Assembly: GCA_051362555.1 (NCBI GenBank)
Contig: CM120641.1
Location: 41,732,401-41,796,400, forward strand
From: Lingula anatina
Taxonomy: Eukaryota; Animalia; Brachiopoda
Direction: 5' to 3'
DNA: 64,000 bases
In this document: in pieces, positions 51,084-64,000 of the stretch
Numbering within the stretch: the first letter of the stretch is position 1
Layout: each line of letters begins with the position of its first letter
Translations under genes and position numbers: made by a program
Notes under the pieces: generated by a model
Told to the model about the DNA's origin: nothing
Database searches by the model: none
What the model saw: only the letters and a program-made list of their open reading frames with translations

Positions 51084-53445
51084 ATAAAGATTCTAGCATA
51101 TGGTAGATTTTTATCTTTAGGGCGGCAGCCATCTTTAAATGTGACCAGGAGTGGTTGACTATTTCTTGGGTTTAAGAGGCTTATAAATTCCCGTATTAAG
51201 TTTAGATATATTTGATTTGCTATTTTGCATAAAACGGCATTCCTTTGGTTTTTTGATTATGATAAGAATGATAATTATGGTAAGTCTTAGATTATAAATT
51301 GATATGTTTGTAAACATGAAATGTAAGTCAGTGTATTGTATACTGCTCGAGAAACTGTGGTGCCCCTTTCGGACATACATGTATTTCTTGGGCTACATAC
51401 ACTTTGTATGCTCATTGTTATACTTTCTATAATGATACATATATTGCCTGTTACTTATATTATGTTTTAGATTAACAAAGAGAATAATTAAAGCATATTA
51501 TATCCTTTGTCTACCCTATATAGTTCCTTCTCCCTTATCATGTGTTTGGAAATAATTGCTTACACTTCATACAGATTTTTCCATCTGGTCTTTCAAGGAA
51601 AATTAAAAAAATTAGATTCAAACTTTCAAAGGAGTGCATTTTAATTACTTGTTGTATTTAATAGCAGCTAATTTTTGATAATATAATATGTGTTCAAAAT
51701 AGTCAATTGCAGGCTGTGTGATGGATATATAATAGATACTAAATGACTAATGCATATATTTTTAACATGGTACTATAACATGTTAAGGCTGTTGAGGATT
51801 GTTAACTTGTGTCATTTTCAATATTCAATTAACTCTTAAACTGTTCTTTGATATTCCAGAAATGTAACCGGGGACAACAAGAAAAAGCAGCACATTTGTC
51901 ACTTTGAAGGTTGTAACAAAGTGTACGGCAAGACCTCTCACCTGAGGGCACACTTGAGGTGATTTTCAGTTGAAATAATGCCATATCTAATTGGGGGCGG
52001 GGGGGGGGGGGGGGGGTGATAATGTATGTAATGTTACAAATAAGGATATGGCTGATTTGGTGGTGTTGGTGGGGGTTGAGGAGGGGGGGGGGGGCAAGGT
52101 GTTAGGTGTTCATGGTGTTATGTATTTATTGTAGGTAATGCATTTATACCTTGTTGAGGAAGTGGGTTGTAATGGCTAGTTCTTATCGTCAGTTTTAGTT
52201 AGATGAACTACTGAGTTTTTCATTTCCAGGTGGCATTCGGGAGAGAGACCATTTGTGTGTAGCTGGTTGTTCTGTGGCAAGAGATTCACACGGTCAGATG
52301 AACTGCAGAGGCATAGGAGGACACACACAGGTAGATATATATATACGTGTGTTCATGCACATGCTGCCTATGTCAAAATTCTTTAGCCTACTGGCCCTCC
52401 ATTGAGCCATCAAAATGTAAGAATCTATTGGTTGAAAGCAGAAATGATCAGTAAGTGAACAAACTTACAAAAACTTTGCTGTCATTTGGGGTGGTGCCAG
52501 AGGTGTCCTTGTGGACTTCATGTGTGTGTGCTTGTGTGCATGCTGCTTGAGTGCATGTGTGTCAGAGATAGGGCAGACACTTGCACAATTACATCTTTGA
52601 AAAATAAAAAAAAATGGAATTTTGCTGTTTGCAGTAAAAAAACAGACACACGAGAAAAGAAAGAAAGAAAAATAAATGAAGAAAAAAAATTTAAATGGAC
52701 ATTATTCAAATCATTATATAAACTTTAAATTAATTGGTCTCTGTAGGAGAAAAGAGGTTTGTGTGTCCACAGTGTTCCAAGAGATTCATGCGAAGTGACC
52801 ATCTGTCCAAGCATATCAAGACACACCAGACAAAGTCAGCACAGAAACCAGGTGAGGGTATTAGTCTTTATATATTGAAAAAAAATTAATTACTTCACAG
52901 TAATGTATGGACTTTCTTGTCCAAAGAATTCGTTGCTTTTTTCATGGGTGAAAGTTTTCATGATTATGTCTGATTTCAGGGTTTTCAGTCTTTATTTTGT
53001 TTTTTTCCATGTGGTCTAAATGCTATGAGAAATTGCAAGCTACTTTTTCACGATTTTCAGTTTCTTGTTTTTACCAAAGATTGTTTCTTGGGAAGACATT
53101 TACATTTCCTTATTTAACATGTACAACAAATTATATGTAAACACATTTACGTTGACTTTCATATTGGTTATTTTGGTTTAGCAAAATATCTGAAAATTCT
53201 GTTTCATGAGCAAATGTGTAAACAATCCTGTCTGTTCAATTCATGGCCAAAATAAGACATCGGCAAGTTTGACTGTTCAGTAGATCTATCACATGTGATC
53301 ATTTTCCATACATTGATGACATTTTTTTTCCTTTATTCTAGATGTTGAAGATGATAACAGTCTGGACATCGAAGCTTTTGCAGCGGGAGAAACTGAGGCA
53401 CCAAATCTTAACGTGTCAGACTCCTCACTACCAGGGTCCGACTAA
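47505..53445 (+). CDS. Sp1-4: Sp1-4 class C2H2 zinc-finger transcription factor, 7 coding exons, ~741 aa
   Basis: Exons 47505-47567, 47679-49254, 50448-50625, 51860-51958, 52230-52330, 52747-52851, 53342-53445 (2226 nt, in phase). Sp box [16 protein letters not shown], long Q/S/T-rich activation region, Btd box [10 protein letters not shown], and three fingers [67 protein letters not shown]. Confidence 0.96.
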
Positions 53446-55069
53446 GTCCCCAAGGTTTTGTTTATGGGTCAGAAATTTGAGAAGACAAGGGAAAAGATGG
53501 GTTAACCCGGTGTGTCCAAACTACACTTCTCTTACACTGGTTTCCGGTTCTCAAAAAAAATGAACACGGAAAATGTATTCGGTGCTTTGTTAACACATGC
53601 TTTGAAATCTTGCAGAGATCAGTGAGTGCAGTTTGCTGCATTGGTTAAACTCCTTGGCTTGTACCAGGTGCTGGCACTTACACAGTAATTATAATAACAA
53701 TAATGTTTAAAATATGTATTCTTAACAGTTAAAGAGGAATAATTATATTTTACGTGCATTTTAAAAGAGGCAGGTCTTTCTCTTGAACTATTAAATGCAC
53801 AGTGTTAAGGTTAGCATTTTGCTGAAAGGGGGTTTGAGGAAAGAGGATGAAAAAGATTTTTCCTTTTTCAATTTATGATAAATTTACAACCATGACATTA
53901 TTTTTAATAAATTGTTACTCAGTTGAGGGTATGTGAAGCTTTTTATATGGTAATAGCTAGTAAAGAAGGCACCAGCTGTTGTGTACACATTAAAGTTTGT
54001 AACAAGATTCTCTCATTTTGTTTACAGCTCTGGTGACGATTTTGGAAATGTGCGTAGTCGAAACTTACATACTTTTTCTAGTCCTTCTTTTTCAACATTA
54101 CAATAATATTTAAGTTGCTGGACCAGTGTTGTTTTTGTAATATCTTTGTATTCTACTCTACAAGAGAGTTAGTATTATTACTATTATTATTATTGTGTTT
54201 TTTTTTTTTTTTTTTAAAGTTATTTGCATCTAAATGCAGTATGTCATGTGAAATGTAGATAATTTATGATGATTTACTCAACAGTGTATTGCTGAGAATC
54301 ATTGAAAAACATAAGATAATTCCAGGAAGTGTTTGTAAATATTTTGAAAATTTTAAATGTCTATAGTAAGTAGAGTTGAGAAAGATACTAAATATTGTAC
54401 ATGATAATGGGAAATCAAAATGTTACATGAAGAAAATGTTTATAAATTGATATGTTGCAGCAGAGTTTTGAAGTTGGTAACACATTTCTTTCATATTACT
54501 TTTATTACTGTAAAACATAAATACTAAAAGTTAAATGTGTTGCAAGTCAATAAAGAAAATGATTGTAGAAATATGGATGGAATTGACAATTCAAAATACC
54601 TATCACAGAGTTTTTTTTTTTCTTATGGCCTTCTGGCGATAAGGACATCAGTGTTTTTACTTAAATAATAACTGAGAAGACAAACCAATCTTGTACAAAT
54701 TGTCTAGAGGGGTTTGTTTAGTTTCTTGTTTTATAAGTGTTTTCATCACTCTGCATTGCTGCCTGATTTTCAATCCTGCTTCTGTACTATGGTCAGTTTC
54801 ATGTAATGTCTCTTCTTGGAAACACGGAAGTCATTTTCAGAGGCAAAGTAAAAATGTTCTAACATTTAGCAACATGGGAGACTGTCGCTGGTGGTATTTT
54901 TTTATATGAACAATTTCCTTGATGCACTTATTATTTCCAATGGAAATGTAAAATTTTCATTTGTTACTTTAAGATTATTCCAATAGGACGGCATTCAAAC
55001 ACTGTAAACAAGTGTCAAAATGGGCTGTGGTGGTGGTGCCCTCTTTTGGTCATTCTCTTGCTAGATGTC

Positions 55070-58000
55070 TCATTCTTTTGGAGCTTCACCTACAAGTATG
55101 AATGAAATTTTTAATCAGAACAAATTGCTTCAAAGTGCAACCCACTTGTAGGCAAAATAAAATAGAATGAATAAAATACATTAATAATCTAAAAACAAAA
55201 ATGAAATACTGAGTCCTGCAAATAATTTGGGTTCTGAGTTGTAATTTATTTCAATAATAACGCTACGCTGATTTTTTGTGTTGTACAGGCTACTCAATCA
55301 GGCAAAGCAATTAACTAGCTAATATTCAGCTGCATACCTTCCTCTTTCTTCTCTTCTGCTGCAGGTGTTGCTGACTCCGCTGAACAGAAATAATATTTTT
55401 TTTTTAGAATTCAACATGGTACACATTTAAATATAAAATAAAGTCACTATGGTTTTCAAAGTAATTGATTCAAGGATTCTGAAACATTGATTATTCTTTT
55501 CAATAAGAGAGTAAAACAGTTACATAGCACCCAATGTTTATTTTTGAAAGAAAATATCTGCAGTACATACGTACAAAAACATGGGCATTTCTAATATCAT
55601 CTTTAAAATTTCTTACTTACAAGATACTAGGATCCTTTGGATCCTAGCAAGATACTAAATTAAATATTATACCCTTTAAAACAAAGAGGGAAATGTGTAT
55701 CTGCGTTGAAACAATATGCAATGCTATTCATTATTACTATTTAAGTACCTATACAGTAATCATTGCATGCATATAAGTTTTAAGTTTTTCACAGAAAATT
55801 ATTGATGAGACCTTGAAAACGCGAGAGGGTAATGATTTGATAATTTTGGTATGATTAAATTTGTTTTTTGGATATTCAATCGACACCAAAGAAAAATGCA
55901 TAAAAAAGATGAGACATGATCCAAAATGCAAAATTTATAGAAAAACAAAATTTCAAAAAGACAGATTACTCTTCAGATTTTGTCTGCTACCTGGCTTGTC
56001 CGCAGCCGCTTCATCTGAGGCAGCAACAGCGGGAGTCACAGCCTCTTGCTGAGATTCATCACCTGCATCAGCAGCAGGTGTCTCTTTCTCTGTCTCGCCT
56101 ATAGTAGTTACACAGCACACAATGACACATATTAGCAAAGCCTCAGCAGCACAGGTGACACACATCACAAACATTTACAATTTTTGCCAAAAGAAAATTG
56201 TAAAACTCGCTAATGTATTTTGTACATTTAATTAGGATACAGTGTTTTATATTTCTACTTTTCACTCAAAGTTACAAGAATGCACATAATGCAGATATAT
56301 GTATGCAGAATTGTTTTCTGACAAACCATATTTTTAAATTCATTTCATTTGTGGGATTTTTTTTTTTTTCAGTTTCACTTGTGCTGCTCTCGTGTATACA
56401 ATTGAATGTGAGAATTTCCAAGAAATTATTAACTTTTTACCAAATATCAATCAAAATTTCTGATTGCTATAATTCTTTTATATTTGGAAATTCAAACACC
56501 AATTTGTTAAAGAATGCTGCCAGCAAAAACAAATGTAAAATTAACACAAGTTCAAAATATCAGCAATTAACACAAATCTAAGCAGAGCCACATTGAACAT
56601 ACAAATACACAATCATACAACAAAGAATCCAATACTGAGAAAATTAAATGTTCTCAAAGCTATGACAAAACAAACAACTTATTATGTTGGAAAGTTTCAT
56701 CTGATTCAGCTATGTAGTTTCAGTAGAGATTCTTTTGTCAAAAGCTTGAGAAATAAACTGGCACCTCACTAGCCAATATTCCATCTGCTTACACGTACAG
56801 TCAAACAATATCACAGAAAAAAGTTGTGATTTATGTGACCCCACCCCCTCCCCTTTGTCATCATTTTGACAGATGCAGCCTAACTGTTAGCAGACAATAT
56901 TTGATGGAAAAGGATTGGTTTACCATTCAAGCTATTACCAAGAGAACAACTACATTTTTAATCATCAAAAAACATGTTATAACAATAATTGATAGATTTG
57001 CCAAATTAAACACGGACAAAAATGAGCTGAAATATGCTACACATCTAAGCATGCAAGTTAGGCCAGCAAAAAAAAAAGATGCAAAAATCCGGAACAGATG
57101 GGAAGCATTTTACTTCCCCTGAGCAATTGTCTCACCTGCCGGTGTTTCAGTTGCCTCTGTGGAAGGTGTTTCTGTTTCTTCTGCAGGTGCCTGCTCCTCT
57201 GAAGCAGGTGCCTGCTCCTCTGCTGCGGGTGCCTGCTCCTCTGAAGCAGGTGCCTGCTCTTCTGCTGCAGGTGCCTGTTCCTCAGTTGCTGGTGCCTGCT
57301 CCTCTGCAGCTGGTGCCTGTTCCTCGCCTTCTGCAGGTGCCTGCTCCTCTGCTGCAGGTGCCTGTTCCTCGCCTTCTGCAGGTGCCTGTTCCTCACCTTC
57401 TGCAGGCTTTTGTTCAGAGTCCTCAGCAGGGGCTTGTTCCCCGCCTTCTGCAGAATGATCACCCTCTGCTGGTGCCTGTTCTTCACCTCCCTCTGCTGGT
57501 GCTTGCTCTCCTGTTGGAAAAATATTAGGGGTGATCTTTAATGTACACCACAACTATTCCTACTATTGCTAAAACAACAACTACAACTACATGATGGTAT
57601 GTGATGACAATATTACAAATGTTTTTAAACAGCAATATTGGAGCTGTCTGTGAAGTTTGAAACATTTGAATAAGGGAATTTTTTTATAAAAGGAGGCACC
57701 TGGTTTCAATACATGATACAATGTTATGTGAATAAGCAGACTATTCTGTATCTCACAGTAGTGTCTATATCTAGTTACACCATGTGTTAACAGCTTTCGC
57801 ATCTCAGGCAAAATGCAAATAAATTAATCAACACCCACCGAAAATGATAAAGTAATTTAATGTCATATTAATTATTTAAGTTTAGTATAACAATAAGAAG
57901 CATATGTGTACAAATATCACTTTGTAATTACTACATAATAAAAGGTATTCAGAATAGGATTCCAATTAAGAGTAAGAGTAGGAACATATACAAATATTAC

Positions 58001-61000
58001 TTTGAAATAGTTTTTAAAAGGTGTTCAGGAAGCATCTGTTGCTAGCAGCCTTCAGACATATATGTGTCTATATATTGCTAAATGAAATTTCATAACTGAT
58101 AGAAAGGAATGGTGGCATTTCACTGTGCAGAATATAAAAATGGATGATAAGAAATAAAGACAAGATAATATGCCATACAATTTGGGACAAAACTAGAGAG
58201 TTTTTAAATTGCAATTTGGTTGATTTCTATTCAATAAGACAGAACTGATGCTGAGAAGTTCAACAAACTACCAAGCTACATTGAAAGTCTGATAAAAGAA
58301 ATCAAGGGACTCAAAGTCGCTGTAGCTCATTATTAGATTTTTTTTTAACTGCCTGCCAATCTAAAGCCAGTGGAAGAAAAAAGGGAAAACTCCTTATATG
58401 GCTAAATGTGTAACCCATAGAAAACATATTTAAAAAGAAGACAGGTCTGAAACAATTAGCCAGTCAAAAATCTGTGACAGATTCTGAAGGATTCTAATAG
58501 TATATTATGGGATTTTGCAGTGGAGGGTTTAAGCATTTTTCTACTTCACTGCAGTACTAGCCTTCGGTCTCTTTTTCTTCTTCCTCATTTGAAGAGCGAG
58601 GCTTTTCCTCTGGCTGCTCAGTGTTAGACTGCTCTGTGTTGCTGTCTGAATATGGCCAAACATATATTTTTATTTCCCTCAGAATCTACTTAACATTATG
58701 CTTATGAATGGCTCCATTCACACAGTAACTTACTGCTTCCATAGGTATATAACTCATCAGATTTAAATTATAGATTTATGGATTGCAACACTATCATTTT
58801 GATTTCATGTATCATATTCTAAATTAGATAATAAGGCAGTTATTTCTTGAATAATCTTCCTCAAATATGGCAGTCATAAAGGCTGGAATAAACTTGATGT
58901 GGCACACTTCCAGGATAAAAACAAAGATGTCATATAAAGTCATATATATATGTAATATTTGGGGAAAAATAACCTTCACCACTAAAAATGTTAAATGGAG
59001 AAAAACATGCATGCATTGGTAATAATGGATCCAAAGGGAAAACTAAATGAAGCTCCTGAAAGAAAAAACATCTTTAATAGCAGCAAACTTGAACAAGGAT
59101 CTGCCATATACATGCAAGATAAGGTTGTCAAAGGTTAGTAAATTAATGCTAAGAACCTGGGATTAAAAATCAATACTAATAAGTACCTGGGATTTAGATG
59201 AATGCTAAGTACTGGGGATTAGGGAGGACAGTGCACTTGTGGGTTTTTAATAGCTGTTCAAAAATTCATATTGACACTGATAACAAAGAGGAGTTCCCAA
59301 CAAATTCAAGGTGCAGTTTGTAACTATCTCCTGGACAAAATTCTTTCAGTGATGGCAAAAAGTGAAAAATAAAATGAAATTTCAAAATTCATTTCATTTG
59401 ATAAAGATTTTTTAACATCAGAGCTTCAACACATTTCATTCATAATATTTTATATAATTTTGGGATCCACGTTACATTAAGAGAGACATATTCATATCCA
59501 AGTTATATTAATATTTTTTAGTTTTGCCCTCAGTGAAGGAAATTTTAAGTACATTTCACATATGAAAAAGGATGGAGGGTGGACGAGGGAAAGGTGTGGG
59601 GGGGAGGGGGGTCACAATGTTAGTACTAGCCTTCAGTGCCAGCCTCAGCACCGACATTCTCTCTCAGCTCAGCATCATGTTCACTTTGAGTAGTAGATGG
59701 GGAAACAATGGTCTGAGAGTCAGCTCCTCCATCAGGAAGATTCCCTTCATTCCCTGGTTCATTGCTGTTAGTATTATCCCCACTGTTTTTATTATCATCT
59801 TTGGTCTCAGGATTTGGGGAATCAACAGGAGTACCTTTAGACTGATTTTCCTTTTCACCGCTAGATTCCTCTATCTCGTTATCAATTTTATCTTCTTTTT
59901 GAGCACTTTCACCCCCCTCAGATACTGATACCCTGCCACTAACTTCTTTTTCTTTTTGGACAGAAGTAGTTTCAGCTTCACTTCCCCCAGACCCATCTGC
60001 CTCTTTGCTAGCTTTATCTCCTCTGTCTGTAGAATCAGATCCACTCACCTCAGATTTACCTATTTCCTCACTAACCTCATCTCTTTTCAGTATAGTTTCA
60101 GATTTGTACCCATCAGACCCATTCCCTTCCCCTTCATTGTTACTCTCTATCTTTACTGAACCAGTTTCACTTTCATTTTCCTTAAGCTTAGCAGTTTCTT
60201 CAACAGTTTTGCTCTCTTTCTGCTCAGAACCTGTAACCTCCTCGCTATCATGACCATCTTTAACAGCTAAGCTAGTAGTTGTATCATTTTCCCCAGACCC
60301 ACTTGTTTTATCAAATTCTTTCTGTTCAGCAGCACTTTCAATTTCCTCAGATTGATTATCATTCTCAGTTTTATCAACCTCCACTTTGCCTGAACCAGTT
60401 TCAGTTTCCTTAACTAGGGGCTCATCATTATCAAGGTTAGTTTGAGATTCTATCTGGTCAGATGATGTTTCATTTTCACTTTTCCCAGCCCCAGTACTAT
60501 CTTTGCTATTTTCAGCTTCTTTTAAACCAGTATCTGCATCAGTTTTGTTTTCCTCAGATTCATTCTTAACAGACTCATTTCCATCAGCTTCAAAATCATT
60601 ATCATACTCTTGCTCCCCATTTTCTGATGTAGTTGCAGGTCCCCCCACCTTGTGATCAATTTCAGTTTCACTTTCATTTTCAGCCACCTTATCAGGGGAT
60701 TTGACCTCAGACCTTTGACTGACCCCAATACTACTCTCTTCTGTAGCAGCTGGAACAAGATGCTCTTCAGTAGTAGGGGGCACAGGACTATCTTCATCTA
60801 GAAGTCAACAGCACAATTAGTAAAAACAAATTATAAATACAACTAAATTAATATCTTCTAACAAAATCCATACAAGAGAACTCAAGTTTTCATAGCAAAA
60901 ATTAAGACAACATTCTAGTTAGGCATCTTAATGAAATATTACCAGAAAAATACTAACAGGCTAAAACTACTGCAAATCATAATTTTCTACTGTAATGAGT

Positions 61001-61246
61001 TACCATGCTAATGTTACCATAGACTGGATATATTATATCAATAATAAAATAAGTATGACAATACAAGCAATGATCAAATGAGCAACAACACAAATGCTTC
61101 CAAAAGAAGACACATAAAGCACATTTCTCTAAATGAAAAATCAAGAACACATATCTAGGGACTACTGTTTCAACATGTACTACACATTTATTGACAGTGT
61201 CAAGGCAATCCCAAGAAAATTAGTATATAGTATTTTACTCAGTTGG

Positions 61247-61283
<37 letters not shown>

Positions 61284-63088
61284 TTTTTGATGAGTAGCCG
61301 TATTAAAAAACACCACATCACTGAGAAAATTTGCCTGACATAGCCATCTGAGAGGTGCTATTATAAATATATATGGAGCAAATACAGTATATTAGCACAA
61401 GACAACCATACAGTCACTTGCATGCATAGGATGTTATTGCTGTATTGTTAATATCAGATGAGGCATTTGTGAAAATACTCAGTCTGGTAATCATATTAAC
61501 ACATTCATATTACTGCACTGAGACTTGATCACATACTGCAACACCAGTATTTCATAGTAAACAGGCCGTTACTAAAGCTTCACTTGCTGCGCATATGATG
61601 ATACATTATATTCACTGTAAACAAAAACATGCAATTCTTGATCACTGTAATAAGCATTGAACAAGTAGTATAAGTTACAGTCAACATCAATGATAATTCA
61701 GTTAAATTTTGGAACTAATTATTCCATTTGCACCCTGGGTGTCAGAGACAAGAAATAATTTAGACCATGCAAGCATACTGCTGTTTTCACCCATTATCAC
61801 CTGACACTCAGGGTTCTTGACTGGGAAACATTGTATAGTGAGGAAGCAATGATGTGCTGGTGTATAGTACACATTGACTTGGGGAAGGATGCACAGAACA
61901 TGTATATATCTACTAGCCTGTATCAAACACATCACTGTCATACTCTGCCTCGGTGTCTGGTCCTGCTGTTAAAATGACATAATTTTAATATTGACTGTCT
62001 CAGTGTTTTTTCTTGATCATCAAAAATTGATGGATTGTTAGTTTTTTTTAATAACCTAGACATTGTTGATGATTTTCTTGTACTTTGCACAGTTGGTCAT
62101 CACTTTATTAACTACCAAATTGTTATATACCCTTTATAATAAAGTATACAATTAAATGCTAAAATCTCCCTCATCTCATCTCATCAAAAGGAAAGGGATC
62201 AAAATAATATCACTGTCACATCTCCCTGGAAGCCAGAAATCTGAAATCAATCTCAGCATAGGGGATCATTTTTGTTGAAAACCTGTGGTCTAAAGAGAAG
62301 TAAAGACATTTCATATCTCAATCAGATTGTATTCCGAGTTCCAAAATTCGACATGAAAAAAATACCATTGTGCTCTCCATACTGGAAACATAAACAGCAA
62401 TCTTGAGAAAAATGTGAACTCTTAGCAGAGCAGAGATGAACTCTTTGTTGGGATATTTGGCTTTGGGCAGATACACTGCATTCAGAGGAGAGATATTGAC
62501 TAATGGACAGACAATTCATATCCTAGATATTTGAGTTGACCACATGACATTATTCTACTCTCAACCTACCTTCCCCAGATTCCTCTGCAGGTTTGGCTTC
62601 TCCCTCTTCTGCAGCTGGGGCCCCTTCTTCTGCTGCTAAAATTCAGACAAGCTTACATTACCATAAGTGGCCAACATACAACTAATTTGAGCCTTTAAAG
62701 GCACCCAAGATCACTTTTTATCACCCATTTAAAAATCATTATTATCCAGAAACTGTTCACTTTAAATTACTGTCCCGGGGGTTAATCTATTTACTAAGTT
62801 CCTAAACATTTATATTGTTACTTAAGCTACCAAAAAGAAAAATGAGGAAAATTCTTGGAAAATGTAAAAAAAAAAAAAAAAAAAAACAGATCCATGTGGT
62901 AAAGAAGGAAATAATATCATTAATCTATTTCTTTTGGCATATTTTATCATAGTACTCTTGTCCTGTTGCCTTTTCAAGTTAAAGTTAAATCAAATGAATA
63001 AAACACTTTGTGAAATCTTCATCCTTGGAAGCCTCACCTTTCTCTTGTCCCGATGCCTCTTCTTCACCTTCTAATGGTATTTCCTCAC
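55070..63088 (-). CDS. C-terminal part of an acidic, low-complexity (E/A/P/S/G/K-rich) protein; 5' end not identified and probably outside the window
   Basis: Minus-strand exons 63088-63038, 62635-62570, 60797-59631, 58645-58562, 57510-57136, 56098-55991, 55379-55338, 55089-55070 (ends GEAPKE*). All internal exons are phase 1-1 and of similar acidic composition. Two of them require GC donors. Confidence 0.78.
57180..57510 (-). repeat. Coding minisatellite, mostly 21-24-bp units encoding (E)EQAPA
   Basis: 13 EQAPA plus one EQKPA in the translated exon. Confidence 0.92.
61252..61282. repeat. (TG)n microsatellite
   Basis: Direct reading. Confidence 0.9.
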
Positions 63089-64000
63089 CTAGCAAAACAA
63101 AAATTTCACAAAGTCAAAATAAAGCCCTATTCATTTTGGTGATATGATTGCTTTTCAAACTGGGGAACATGTATTTAACATGTAATATCATTATGGGATA
63201 ATTGTAGATATGTTTGAGTAAAATGAAATTGTAAGAGTGTTCAAATGTTAAAAATGTGGCTGAAGTATACATAAATCATCATGATGTCTAGTCATTAACT
63301 TTGAGCTAAAATTTTAACAGTTTGGAATAATATCAATTTTTTCCAGGATTATTACAAATAAAATTTAAATCATAACATAATTACTTAAATATTATTTGGA
63401 ATCATTTAAACTAAAAATACAACCATCAAGTATAACTGTTAAATAATATATTCAAGACCTCAGGGACATATTTTAAAAAGTTGATATTGATATTATCAAC
63501 GCACTTTGGTGTGAGAAAAGCTACCCTTAGCTATTAATTTAGCTGAAAGAATATGGCTCTCCTGATTATGTACTAGTAGAGCAAGTAACTGTCAAACATT
63601 TTGAATACCCATGCTATATAGCTAACAGAGCACAAGTTTGAATATCATAATAGGCATAGCTTCGCATCTGCAACTCAATATATATGTTCCATACGTAAAT
63701 GGACATTTTTCTAAACCTAAGATACATAACCTTACATAGGTTTTTCACTTTTCCAAAGCATGCTTCACCTTAGTGTGTGCTTCACTCACATGTCTGTTAC
63801 TATAAAGCACTAATTTCTTTTGGACAGAATAGCCTGAGCTTTAAGTCTGACCTGTTCCAACTATTTCATTTTCAAACCATCAGGTTTATCATGTCTCTCA
63901 TAAAGGTGCACTGAGTCATCTGGATTTTGTGGTTTTTCATAAAAGCACCAGTGGCAAAATTCAATTTAATATTCTATGTAACATTTATGATACAGGTGTG

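Noticed and set aside
57058-57528. Overlapping repetitive ORFs in other frames (LLQVPAP, SSAAGAC, QRSRHL)
   Set aside because: Shadow frames of the EEQAPA coding minisatellite; not CRISPR-like because there are no unique spacers.
61944-61965. Possible 22-nt micro-exon of the acidic gene (AG...GT flanked)
   Set aside because: Length breaks the phase 1-1 pattern and would frameshift; excluded pending RNA evidence.
1-64000. Prokaryotic systems (CBASS-type patatin effectors, CRISPR arrays), tRNA or rRNA genes
   Set aside because: The patatins have 11 spliceosomal introns each and animal neighbours; no repeat-spacer array or structured RNA gene was recognised.

Overview
AT-rich, intron-containing animal genomic DNA, probably from a marine invertebrate (inferred from gene content and mosaic CpG depletion; the species cannot be determined). 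I spliced six protein-coding genes by hand, checking splice sites and reading phase. (1) A 15-exon PLAT+lipoxygenase gene (+, 6331-14422, ~675 aa). (2, 3) Two tandem 12-exon patatin-like phospholipases of bacterial ExoU/VipD-like type, with an EF-hand pair inserted in the domain (+, 19452-28557 and 31356-37184). (4) A 7-exon otopetrin proton channel (-, 38033-42741). (5) A 7-exon Sp1-4 class zinc-finger transcription factor (+, 47505-53445). (6) The 3' part of a very acidic, repeat-rich protein built from symmetric phase-1 exons (-, 55070 to at least 63088). The strongest candidate for an undescribed system is the co-oriented lipoxygenase + 2x patatin block, a possible Ca2+-triggered oxylipin gene cluster. 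Its first patatin has a predicted myristoylation motif and intact EF-hands; the second has lost both. Also present are an orphan duplicate of the LOX upstream region, an LTR with polypurine tract just upstream of otopetrin, several MITEs with 5-bp or TAA target-site duplications, two apparent GC splice donors that each hide an in-frame stop, and a sharp CpG-depletion boundary inside the Sp gene. All calls were made by eye without database searches.
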